A stretch of DNA of 64,000 bases from Antedon mediterranea (Eukaryota > Animalia > Echinodermata): contig NC_092673.1 of NCBI RefSeq assembly GCF_964355755.1, positions 17,233,648-17,297,647 on the forward strand, written 5' to 3'. The first letter of the stretch is position 1. Each line of letters begins with the position of its first letter. This document shows positions 21,908 through 34,800 of this stretch, in pieces. A program made the position numbers and the translations under genes. Below the pieces are notes generated by a model. The model made no database searches. It saw nothing but the letters and a program-made list of their open reading frames with translations, and had not been told where the DNA came from.

Positions 21908-24195
21908 CAACAACACAATTTGTTGTGGATAAATCTAAAAGCTGTAGGAATCACTGTATTTATAGTACAGGGATTTTAACAACACAATTTGTTGTGGATA
22001 AATCTAAAAGCTGTAGGAATCCCTGTATTTATAGTACAGGGATTTTAACAACACAATTTGTTGTGGATAAATCTAAAAGCTGTAGGAATCACTGTATTTA
22101 TGGTACAGGGATTTTAACAACACAATTTGTTGTGGATAAATCTAAAAGCTGTGGAATCACTGTATTTATAGTACAGGGATTTTAACAACACAATTTGTTG
22201 TGGATAAATCTAAAAGCTGTAGGAATCCCTGTATTTATAGTACAGGGATTTTAACAACACAATTTGTTGTGGATAAATCTAAAAGCTGTAGGAATCACTG
22301 TATTTATGGTACAGGGATTTTAACAACACAATTTGTTGTGGATAAATCTAAAAGCTGTGGAATCACTGTATTTATAGTACAGGGATTTTAACAACACAAT
22401 TTGTTGTGGATAAATCTAAAAGCTGTAGGAATCCCTGTATTTATAGTACAGGGATTTTAACAACACAATTTGTTGTGGATAAATCTAAAAGCTGTAGGAA
22501 TCATCACTGTATTTATAGTACAGGGATTTTAACAACACAATTTGTTGTGGATAAATCTAAAAGCTGTAGGAATCCCTGTATTTATAGTACAGGGATTTTA
22601 ACAACACAATTTGTTGTGGATAAATCTAAAAGCTGTAGGAATCCCTGTATTTATAGTACAGGGATTTTAACAACAATTTGTTGTGGATAAATCTAAAAGC
22701 TGTAGGAATCCCTGTATTTATAGTACAGGGATTTTAACAACACAATTTGTTGTGGATAAATCTAAAAGCTGTAGGAATCCCTGTATTTATAGTACAGGGA
22801 TTTTAACAACACAATTTGTTGTGGATAAATCCAAAAGCTGTAGGAATCACTGTATTTATAGTACAGGGATTTTAACAACACAATTTGTTGTGGATAAATC
22901 TAAAAGCTGTAGGAATCCCTGTATTTATAGTACAGAGATTTTAACAACACAATTTGTTGTGGATAAATCTAAAAGCTGTAGGAATCACTGTATTTATTTT
23001 ATAGTACAGGGATTTTAACAACACAATTTGTTGTGGATAAATCTAAAAGCTGTAGGAATCACTGTATTTATGGTACAGGGATTTTAACAACACACTTTGT
23101 TGTGGATAAATCTAAAAGCTGTAGGAATCCCTGTATTTATAGTACACTGGATTTTAACAACACAATTTGTTGTGGATAAATCCAAAAGCTGTAGGAATCC
23201 CTGTATTTATAGTACAGGGATTTTAACAACACAATTTGTTGTGGATAAATCCAAAAGCTGTAGGAATCACTGTATTTATAGTACAGGGATTTTGACAACA
23301 CAATTTGTTGTGGATAAATCTAAAAGCTGTAGGAATCCCTGTATTTATAGTACAGGGATTTTAACAACACAATTTGTTGTGGATAAATCTAAAAGCTGTA
23401 GGAATCACTGTATTTATAGTACAGGGATTTTAACAACACAATTTGTTGTGGATAAATCTAAAAGCTGTAGGAATCCCTGTATTTATAGTACAGGGATTTT
23501 AACAACACAATTTGTTGTGGATAAATCTAAAAGCTGTAGGAATCACTGTATTTATAGTACAGGGATTTTAACAACACAATTTGTTGTGGATAAATCTAAA
23601 AGCTGTAGGAATCCCTGTATTTATAGTACAGGGATTTTAACAACACAATTTGTTGTGGATAAATCTAAAAGCTGTAGGAATCCCTGTATTTATAGTACAG
23701 GGATTTTAACAACACAATTTGTTGTGGATAAATCTAAAAGCTGTAGGAATCACTGTATTTATAGTACAGGGATTTTAACAACCCAATTTGTTGTGGATAA
23801 ATCTAAAAGCTGTAGGAATCACTGTATTTATGGTACAGGGATTTTAACAACACACTTTGTTGTGGATAAATCTAAAAGCTGTAGGAATCCCTGTATTTAT
23901 AGTACAGGGATTTTAACAACACAATTTGTTGTGGATAAATTCAAAAGCTGTAGGAATCACTGTATTTATAGTACAGGGATTTTGACAACACAATTTGTTG
24001 TGGATAAATCTAAAAGCTGTAGGAATCCCTGTATTTATAGTACAGGGATTTTAACAACACAATTTGTTGTGGATAAATCTAAAAGCTGTAGGAATCCCTG
24101 TATTTATAGTACAGGGATTTTAACAACACAATTTGTTGTGGATAAATCTAAAAGCTCAGGTAGGAATCACTGTATTTATAGTACAGGGATTTTTA
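21908..24195. repeat. 69-bp minisatellite, ~33 copies
   Basis: Unit AACAACACAATTTGTTGTGGATAAATCTAAAAGCTGTAGGAATC(C/A)CTGTATTTATAGTACAGGGATTTT. Confidence 0.98.
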
Positions 24196-24943
24196 CAAAA
24201 AATGACCAAATTGATAATGATGTTATTATATTAATGATGTGCATTCTGTGTTCTGTCACCCTTTTTAATTCATATTTTGCGATATCAATGTTGTCATCCT
24301 TCATGCTGCATTTTGGTTAAAGTGTGGCCTACCGTACTTAATTGGCCTAACAATAAATATAATAAGTCAATTCACATTAATATTTTGTTCTTTCTTTTCT
24401 AAGTTTGCAAAATTACAAAACAAAACATGACAAACATATATGTGTTTGTTCTGGTTTTGCTTTTGTAATTTTGAACATATTTATATTAATAAATAACTAA
24501 CATGTGCATATTATGCAAATGAGACCAGGTAAACGGAAGTGCAGAACGATGTTTAAATATAGTGAATTGAATAAATACATTTTTTTGTACAGAACTGAAT
24601 TATATTTTTTATATGAATGAATTTTCTAATACCTATTTGTTGAAAATGAAATGTTTTATATTTTGATATTTGTCACTTTTAATTCAATTTTGTAAATTAA
24701 AACTCAATTAAGTATTTATGCTGCTGTGTTTTAATGTTTATATTCATATATTTTTTAATAAATACTAATGAACGAAAAGCTTTTTTTTTTATTTGTAAGG
24801 ATTGTGGTGTTGTTTGGAAGGGGGAGATTTTAACATCGAGGATATCATTATACTGTATTAAAATGTACGTGCTTTGCTATTCATCGTATATTATACAAAA
24901 TATCCATTCCACCAATCCAGAGAGTAATAAAGTTCTTCGATAT

Positions 24944-25786
24944 TATCAAAGAATATATATCACAAGAATGAGTAATCCGCGATTTTCCCTGTAACAGTAA
25001 TATTGTCCATGTGGTAGGGCGCCGCCATAAGTGTGGATGTATCTGGGATGTATACAACTTTTTGTGACGGTTTCACTAATCAAAGGCTGGACCACCGGTA
25101 GTATTTTCATGATAAAAAATGTTATCAACTACATGCCAACATCATGTTAAATACTATTTGAATATTTAATTGTTCGTTTTATGCAATTTATTTAGTAAAA
25201 ACTGCCGTATAAACAGTTTGCTTTATCAACCGGGCGCTACAATAGCGTGACCGGGCGTGTTGGTGTTTAGGCGTTTTCACGAAGGATTGTTTAATAATAT
25301 TCCTATATTTAACTTGTTTCTGGTAAAACAAATAAATGTTAATGACATTTAACATTTTTTCCTATTAATATCATGTATTTTATACTGATTTATATCATAA
25401 AAACAATACTTAATTTACCGGGCGTAGAGTAGTACACGGGCAATGGTAAAGAATAGGTCGTGCTGAGTAACGATTCGTTGACTTTTGGTGTTGCTGTGTT
25501 AGGCCTTTTTTGTGAACTAACTTAGCATGTTAGTAAATAATTGTCTGTAAAAGTGAATGTACACTAGTTTGTTAATAAATATGTATTATAAAATAGTTTA
25601 CAATTGCAAAACTATTATCATAATTCTATTTAATGTGACATGTATATTATCTATTAAATTAAGTCTTATGTAATATGTATACATCCGCCCTTATGAGGGC
25701 GGGCATCACTCTCTGGAGCTCTCTGTTACAAATTTCTCATGCAAAAATCGCGGAATACTCATTCTTGTGATATATATTCTTTGATA
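24944..25786. mobile_element. MITE, ~840 bp, inserted just upstream of the gene 2 promoter
   Basis: 31-bp perfect TIR TATCAAAGAATATATATCACAAGAATGAGTA; empty paralogous site at ~59095. Confidence 0.85.
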
Positions 25787-25830
25787 TTATGCATTACACA
25801 GCGATAATGTTACGTAGACAAAAATGGTGA

Positions 25831-25850
25831 TTGCGCCCTCTATAAAAATA
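25831..25850 (+). promoter_or_regulatory. Putative TATA-box promoter of gene 2
   Basis: TTGCGCCCTC-TATAAAA, conserved at 59136-59152, ~60 bp before a conserved AAGAA|gtaagt donor. Confidence 0.55.
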
Positions 25851-25859
25851 AAAGTTTAT

Positions 25860-28800
25860 TCACCCAACAAACCACTCACAACATGTCGAAGAATGTCAAA
25901 CAGAAGAAGTAAGTTTTTATTTCATTATTATCATTACTGTATCCTAGCCCTAGGCCTACCAACTTAGTACTATATTATATCGGCCTAGATAGGCCTATAG
26001 GCCTAGCTAGGCTAGTTCTAACTAGCTGGGACAGGCCCTAGGCCCTACCTCTAGCTATCAAAAAGGCTTTTAGCCCTTTAGCTAGGCCTAGGCCCTAGGC
26101 CTATTCTAAATATAGGCCTAGGCTAGACTATATATTGGGCCTAACCAGTAGCTAGTAGTAGGCCTACTATATAGTAGGTAGTACTAGTAGGCCCTAGAGG
26201 GACTGGCATATATTTTTCAATTTATCTTTCTGCATTTGAATAGTGTTCAGTTTGAAAGAGTATATAATCATAAGCATTTTAAACTTTAAATCAACAAAAT
26301 TTATTATTTATTATATTATTTATTTCGAAAGTTATGAATAAAATAAGGTGTAAAAATTTGGCACCATCACTATCCTTTGTTTACATAGGAATCCCCACCC
26401 CACGTTTGTGACCTTGTACACAAATAGTCACTGGGTGAAAATACTACTAAAACACATATAAATACATTTTATGAACATATTTTTAATTAGAAAGTTGATG
26501 GTGACAAATATATATTTGCATAGTACCACATTTTGTTTGGAAATTGTGTCAAAATCACAAAAATAAGATAGAAAGTACTTATTTTATGTTTACCCTCTCC
26601 CCGGACTGCGCGAATGTCCCGGAGGAATACCCCCACCTCAGCCAGGCTGTGTGATGATGTCATCAGGGACTTCGCGGCCTAGAATTGCTTACTCACCTAG
26701 CATCAGGTGATTTAAAACCTTTTGTGATCCAATATAGGTGATATTTATGTTAAACCAAAGGCGAACACTGTTAAAATATAAATATATCTAAAATATATAA
26801 GCAAAATCCCAAAATATTAGGCATGTTTTCGATTTTTTCTGATTTTACTAACATTTCGAGCCCAAAATAAAATGTCATCGCAAAGACATGTGGGCAAAGG
26901 AATTTCAAATTTTTCATCGGAATTTTCCGGAGAAGATCGTACAGTCATTCGTTTTTTCTGAATAGCCAATCAGAGTTCGTAAATTCATGCGCAAGTTGAC
27001 CCCTTTTTAACAGGTTAAGGGTCACACTTGTCTATTCCCTAAAGATGTCTGCTGCCCTCTAGTGGTTTTGCTAGTCGCTAGCTTAGAGGCTAGTAGTAGT
27101 AGCCTGTACGAATAAAGATTTGTGCAGTAGGGGGCCTATGTGCTCTGCATGCTTCGTGTTATATTATTAATTTGACCAGAAGGCCCCTGCCTGTCCTGCT
27201 TCCCAAGATAACCAGATAATCCATGACCGCGTTTGAAATCGGTCATGTTTTGAATTGGCTGCTTTTCGAATCAGTTTGTACCCAATATATAATTTATTGA
27301 TATTCTGGAAAAAATGATAAATAATAGGAAGATTAAACGAGACTTACCTGTAAGTTGAAGTTTGATCACTATTTTATGAATGTGAGTGAGGTGTAAACTG
27401 AGATCCCGACACGCACGCGCACCTTCATACTTTAAATCAAACATGTCCAGAGCAATAATTTGCAGCGATAAGTATAATGATAATAGTCCAGTCAATCTAG
27501 TGATATTTAGAGGTAAACCCACCACAAATTGCAATAGTAACGAAACATTGATTTTTTCATTCCAAATGTACTTTAGAATGACATATTAAAAGTCACCGAA
27601 AATTGAAGCATTGGAAAACATTATTTTTAACATAATCTCAACAACTATATAGCGATTTTATTCCGTAAATATTTTTGGGGTAGGGGGTAACATTTATGCC
27701 CATAACTTGTGGTTTTATAATCCAATCTCAATAATCTTGATATCAATGTGTAGAATATATATTTCTTTCTAATATGCAATTTAAAAAAACAAAATACAAC
27801 ACCTATTTATATAACTAGAGGTCAAAAGGTTATTGACCTTTTACAAAAACTCATTTTTTTCCATAAAAAAATGATTAACTGTAATATCGTATGCCATAAT
27901 TGTGGATGCATTTAATCAAAATTGTGTTTTTTCTGTACCTATCGATATATAAAATAGGAAACATGATGTTAACTAGAAGAATTTTAAAAGTAATGATGTA
28001 CTATTCTTATTGAAATTGATTCTTGATCAAATGTAATGTAAACAATTTTGTGGTGGGGGTAGCGTTTATGCCTATAATCCATTGTTTTATAATCATATCT
28101 AAATAGCTTTAGTACCAATGTGCATAGTATATATATCCTACTAATATACATTAAAAAAACAATTAATACAACAGTTATACGTAACTAGAGGTCAAAAGGT
28201 CATTGACCTTTTACAAAAACTCAAATTTTTCCTAACAAAAATTATTAACTGCAATGTCTTATTCCATAATTGCCGATGCATTTGATGAAACTAGTGTTTA
28301 GAGGTAACATTTATGCCTGCCAATAACATCTAAATAACTACAAATGTTTATAATATGTATTTCTTACTCTAAAAACTAATTGATACAACAGTTGTTATGT
28401 AACTATAGAGGTCAGTGACCTTTTACGAAAACTCAAATTTTCTTAAAATAGCGTAAAACTAAATTATGTTTATTGGAAGTATTTGGTGCAAATAATGTTT
28501 TTCCTGTACCTATTGTATCGTCATGAAATAGGACAAATGATGATAGCTAGAAGAATATTGAAATTCATTAGTGGTATGTACTATTGCTGATTAATTAATG
28601 AGTCTTGATAATTTGGAATCAACTCATGATTTACTATAGATAGATTTTTGATGATTTTAGTATCAACGAATGTACGTAATGACAAATACGCAAATAGCTC
28701 TTCATCAAGTTGTATTTGTCTGATTTAGTTTGTAATTTTTGATAAAGCACATGATGGGAAAACTACAAAATAATTTTTATTGAGCTACGATGAAAACTTT

Positions 28801-31800
28801 TGTTACAGCGGCCAAAAATGTCATGTTTTTGGACAAAATTGAGTGTCTCATTGCAAAAAATCATTTTTATGAAATGCATTGTTGTTGTTTGTACATGTAT
28901 TAGTCTAGGCAAAAAATGTGAAAAAAATGAGTTAGGGGGAGTGGAATGTTAGAGGCTGTCAACATAGCCAGATATCCTAATTAAACCCTTCTGATCACTC
29001 TAAGCCCTGTTGACACTTAATTTTTTGCCTCGTCTTGAAATGGCGGCCATTTTTCAAAATGGCCGCCATTTTTGTATAAAATGTGGATAAAATCAGATCT
29101 AAATAAGGTAGATACACAATCTTGGTGTCTAAACACATGTACTTCAGACACGGAATCCATTAGGCCTTGTTGACACTTCAGTTTTTGCCTCTTATTAAAA
29201 TGGCAGCCATTTTTCAAAATGGCCGCCATTTTTATATAAAATGTGGATAAAATCAGATCTAAATAAGGTAGATACACAATCTTGGTGTCTAAACACATGT
29301 ACTTCAGACATGGAATCCATTAGGCCTTGTTGACACTTTAGTTTTTGCCTCGTATTAAAATGGCAGCCATTTTTCAAAATGGCCGCCATTTTTATATAAA
29401 ATGTGGATAAAATCAGATCTAAATAAGGTAGATACACAATCTTGGTGTCTAAACACATGTACTTCAGACACGGAATCCATTAGGCCTTGTTGACACTTCA
29501 GATTTTGCCTCGTATTGAAATAGCGGCCATTTTGAAAAATGGCCGCTAATTTTATAGAAATGTGCATAAAATCGGATCTAAATAAGGTATATGCCCGATC
29601 TTGGTGTCTAAACACATGTTTTTTTCAGGCAAGGAATCCATTAAATCTATAATAAATAAATTTAAATAGTTTAATTAATTAATTTTTAAAGTTAAGTGCA
29701 CAGTAGCTAACATTTTTTCAAAATGGTTACCTAATTTATCTGTTCATGAAATCGAAAATCTGGAATTTGTTTTACAAATTGGTAAAGGTTTAGTTTGTAT
29801 AGAGCCATGACTAGGATTTTAAAGCCTAAGCTTTTGTTGAATTCATTTGCATGTAACTTCACAGATGTTTCATCTTGACTGTGTAGGCCCTCCTATTAGG
29901 CCTACATAAACTAATATCATTTACCTCCGCTAAGGAGATATATGTAGTCTATCGCGTACCCAAATTATAAACCCCACCTGGATTTGAACTATGTCAAGCT
30001 AATATCTAAAGCAAAAAAATGTATCATTCAACATGCTCCCTATCAGTGGATATATTTTGCCAAGTACTTCACTCAGTTTCTGAGTGCTTTCATTTGTTTG
30101 TCTGTTTGTTAGCAGGATTACTCAAAAAGTTATTGCAAGATCTTTACCAAAATTAGGGTTAGATAGATATGTGGTCAAGTTCCACTCCATTACATTTTGG
30201 AGGCAATCCGGACCACGGTCCCAATTTTGGACCACTTTTTAGTATTATTTTCAGACCTGCTATTTTTAAGAGATAGGAGAGAATTTTCAAAAGCCGGCGA
30301 GCAGTCTTAAAGTAAAGTAAACTGAATCTGCATTTTCTCGAGAACTACTTGTCCAAAAAACTTTTTTAGATCTGATTTTATGCATATTTTATATAAAAAT
30401 GGCGGCCATTTTTAAAAATAGCCGCCATTTCAAAACGAGGCAAAAACTGAAGTGTCAACAAGGCCTAATGGATTCCGTGTCTGAAGTATTTGTGTTTAGA
30501 CACCAAGATTTTGTATCTACCTTATTTAGATCTGATTTTATCCACATTTTATATAAAAATGGCGGCCATTTTGAAAAATGGCTGCCATTTCAAGACGAGG
30601 CAAAAACTGAAGTGTCAACAAGGCCTAATGGATTCCGTGTCTGAAGTACATGTGTTTAGACACCAAGATTTTGTATCTACCTTATTTAGATCTGATTTTA
30701 TCCACATTTTATTTAAAAATGGCGGCCATTTTGAAAAATGGCTGCCATTTTAATACGAGGCAAAAACTGAAGTGTCAACAAGGCCTAGTGGATTCCGTGT
30801 CTGAAGTACTGTACATGTGTTTAGACACCAAGATTGTGTAGCTACCTTATTTAGATCTGATTTTATCCACATTTTATACAAAAATGGCGGCCATTTTGAA
30901 AAATGGCCGCCATTTCAAGACGAGGCAAAAAATTAAGTGTCAACAGGGCTTAGAGTGATCAGAAGGGTTTAATTAGGATATCTGGCTATGTTGACAGCCT
31001 CTAACATTCCACTCCCCCTAACTTGATTTCTAAGCATCTTTTCAGATTTTTGTCCTAGACTATATATATATTTATATGAATTATGTACATTTAAATTGGT
31101 TGATCTACCCCCAAACGTATAAGGTATAAACAATGAGTGTGAAATGTATACATGTTTAACTTTTTTGTTGTTTTCATTATTGTAATTCTGTCCGTCCAAA
31201 ATGTCCACTCCGACACGTTGGCTTATATCCAGAGCAAATAAGTAAGCAAGTCTACTGTTTTTCATCTATATACAACACTAATAAGATTGACCATACATTA
31301 AAACTTAAATAATATATTTAACTGACAATTTGGCTGAATGCCGGGGAATCGAAATCTGTCCGTCCAAAAAAATGTCCACTCCGACACACCTCATAAACTA
31401 CTATTAATTTTTATGTTAATAATATAAAAAGTTGAATATTCATAGCAAAAATTATAAGCTGACATACTACAATTAATATAATGTACATATAATGTCTCTA
31501 AACCCAAGTAATTCACTGTAATGCACTCTAATATGGTGTTCACACAATGTCCACTCCGACACACATATTTGATCAAAGTAAAATGGCTGATTTTTTAACA
31601 ACTATGAGACAATGTTATTGTTATTTTATTTATATCTGTTTGTGTCATTGATATTTAAGTGAAAATAATCTTGTTTAACTGTGTTTTTAGTATTATAAAC
31701 GAGCCACCGGCACCTGCTTCGAGGTGGCATTTTAGCCTCTCAGAAAATAATTTTAAACTAGTTAGTTGAAGCCACCATGGCAAAAGTTATGAATTACTAA

Positions 31801-34800
31801 TAATACTGGTTGTTATAGGTGATCAATTTAAGTATTTAATGCAAAAACAAAACACACAAAAAATTTAACATGTTTAATATTGAAGTTTTTCATGTCCTGT
31901 TTAATATGTCCAAAAATTGTCCACTCCGACACATATTAACAATCCTTGTTTTAACGACATCTTTTTATTTAAAGTAGGTACCAAATATGACCACAGTAAA
32001 CTTTATAAATGCCAACTGATGGTTTTATGGTGTTTGGCTATGATAAGACCATTATTTTTTATATTTGGATAAAACGTTTGTTAAAATTCTCTGACAAATT
32101 CAATTTTGTTTTACTCAGATGATGTTTTGGACATGGTCATGAGTGTGATGTTTTGGACATGGTCATGAGTGTTATGCTTGTACAATTTTTTGTGACATGT
32201 ACTAATGCATAAAATAGCAAATTGAATTTATTGAACATGCTTAATATTAACAAGTTTTTAATTATTTATACTGTTTATTCAAGTCCAAAAAATGTCCACT
32301 CCGACACAAATTAACAATTCTTGTTAAAAGACAGTTTTTATCATGGTAAAGCTTAAAAAGTACAAAATGTTAACACTGTACACTTTAGAAGTGCCAACTG
32401 TGGTTGGTTTTAATGTGTTTATGGAATAGTAGGACCATTATTTTTTTCATTTGGATAAAACGTTTGTTAAATTCTCTGACAAATTTAATTTTGTCTTAGT
32501 CTTACTCAGATGATGTTTTAGGCGTGGTCATGAGTGTTATAGTTGTACATTTTTGTTTTGTGTCAATTGGTGTCATGTACTTATGCATAAAATAGCAAAT
32601 TGAATTCATGCTTAATTAATATAATAACAAGTTTTTAATTTATTTATACTATTAAGTGTTATTCATCTCCAAAAATGTCCACTCCGACACAAATGAACAA
32701 TCCTTGTTAAACTACAGTTTTTATCATGGTAAAGCTTAAAAAGTACAAAATGTTAACACAGTAAGCTGTAGAAGTGGCAATTAGTTGGTTTTATGGTGTT
32801 TGTAGCTATATAATACCACAAATTTTTTATTTGAGTCTAATGTGAAAATGTCCGGATAGTTGTAGCTTTATAATATTATTTTTTATTAAATATAAACATG
32901 TATGTTTCAAAATTAATTGAAAAATATGTAAAAAAAAGGACTTTGAATTTTTGACCCTGAGAGACACTTGCGGCCTAGGTTACTGTGAAATTGCCCATAT
33001 TGTTTAATCCTTCAAATAGAAAAGGACTCACAACTATGTCATCAGTATCACTTTCTGGTAAAATGTACAGGGATACTACCACCTGACCCGCCTTACCATG
33101 TGCGCCGTCTTTGGTGGATGAGCCGCTTTCATAATCATCAAAGACTATGATGGCAGATCAATATTTTTTACAGATCGCATCATAAGTCTCTACACTATTC
33201 CATGGAATGCTGTGCAGTAGAGCACTACCATCTAGAATGTAGGCCTACTGGACATGATTCAGTGAGTTGGATGTGTTAGACTATTCATTGTTTCCACATG
33301 GCATCATGTTGGTTTATTAGCTGAAAGTATTGTAAGTTGGTTGTTTCAAAAAGTACTGGTGGATAACAAAGTTCATGCTCAAAAACTTCCTTGTTGTATG
33401 TCACCTCGAGTCTCCTCTGGAACTGTAGGATCGATGCACACATATTTGCCTGTATGTACTTTATTGCCAGGATCTTGAATACATTGCAAGACTTTCTGGC
33501 CTAACATCCGTCCAAAGTATTCAATGCTTAATACCACATTGCCAATATTCCAAGTCACCTGCAGTAACTCCCGTGTCAATGGTATGAAATCTCGTTGTAA
33601 CCAAATGGATTTTTTAATTGCTATTGTGTTCCTGACGTGTGGCCATAAGTTCTTATGTTGGCCGCTGCTGGAGTAACGCCCTGATACTATTGCGAGGCAT
33701 TACATTCAGCGCAGATTTGGTCTGGATGTACTCATTCCTAAATCTCTTGTCAAACCTCTGGTTTTCTTTGAGACTTCTCATAGAAACCTTTTCAATCACC
33801 AGGTCTGTTGACAATCCAGCCCAGATGGAGGTCATGGAGGTCATTGTCAAACTGCTGTTGAACATCTTTGTATTTCTACTGGTTAAATAATCGTTAAAAT
33901 ACTTACACATCCCAATATAAATACTGTAACCAAAAACAAAATGCCATCTGGAAAAAATGGAATGTAGATCATCCAGAAGCAACAGGAACAGGAACTCATC
34001 TGCATCTTGAGCTGGTCATGTGTATCACTTTGGACTGAAATGTTCACCCCAGGGTATCCCTGTTTGTATACCATTGTTGTTTACAGCGAAAACAACATTT
34101 TTAGCCAAAATTGACACATTATGTTGTGTTTTTCCGCAAAAATGACATGCTAAATAAAATGTTATGACTATAAGTTTGATATCACTGAATAGGAAATTTA
34201 ATAAACTTTCGGATGACATAAATCACACTTGTATATAATGTATTTCAAATGGTTAAATATATGTAATTAATGGGGCATATTAATTTTGACTTAAAATGAC
34301 CTTTATTGACCTCTGACCCCTTAACCCAATGCTTGGATTTTCGGTGACTTTTAGTATGTCGTTCTACACTTTATATGGAATTCAAAAATACCTGCTTTGT
34401 TACTATTGCAATTTGTGGTGGGTATATCATTAGATTGACTGAACTTATAACCTGCCTTGTTCTATAATATAATTGTTTTACTTGGGGTGGGTTGAGGCAG
34501 GCAGTTTACACCTCACTCACATATTCATAAAATAGTGATCAAACTTCAACTTACAGGTAAGTCTCGATTAATCTTCCTATTTTATTTCATATACGTTCGC
34601 TGTAAACTGAGATGTTTAAAGCCAACTCTGGAAACATGTTTGAACTGTAAACCAAATAATTGACGGAAATGTTAGTTTCAATAAAACAACTTTATTTCCA
34701 AAAGTCTACAGTCTCTCGTAATAATAACGGGCAACTTAAATATGACAACTATCATAAAGCATTTATTTTGCTTATAATCAATAGTCTAACATTTTAGGAT

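Larger units (their letters stand above)
27484..34447 (-). mobile_element. Degenerate Academ-like DNA transposon (~7 kb) nested in the old DIRS
   Basis: TIR TAGTCCAGTCAATCTA...CCCACCACAAATTGCAATAGTAAC is mirrored at 34330-34447, with a 3-bp TAA duplication. Transposase remnants at 33000-34100 (WAGLSTDLVIE..MRSLK, ILDGSALLHSIPW, IVFDDY..STKD). Superfamily is inferred from termini and motifs. Confidence 0.65.

Noticed and set aside
21925-24320. Cys-rich 23-aa repeat protein (up to 407 aa)
   Set aside because: The 69-bp satellite happens to lack stops in one frame. Several units carry frameshifting indels, and there is no credible start or splice context.
24817-24832. NF-kB site GGGGAGATTT conserved in both units
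   Set aside because: It lacks the terminal CC of the consensus; too weak to call.
29017-30841. Repeated 86-93 aa ORFs on both strands
   Set aside because: They derive from the 160-bp subrepeats in the foldback TIR arms.
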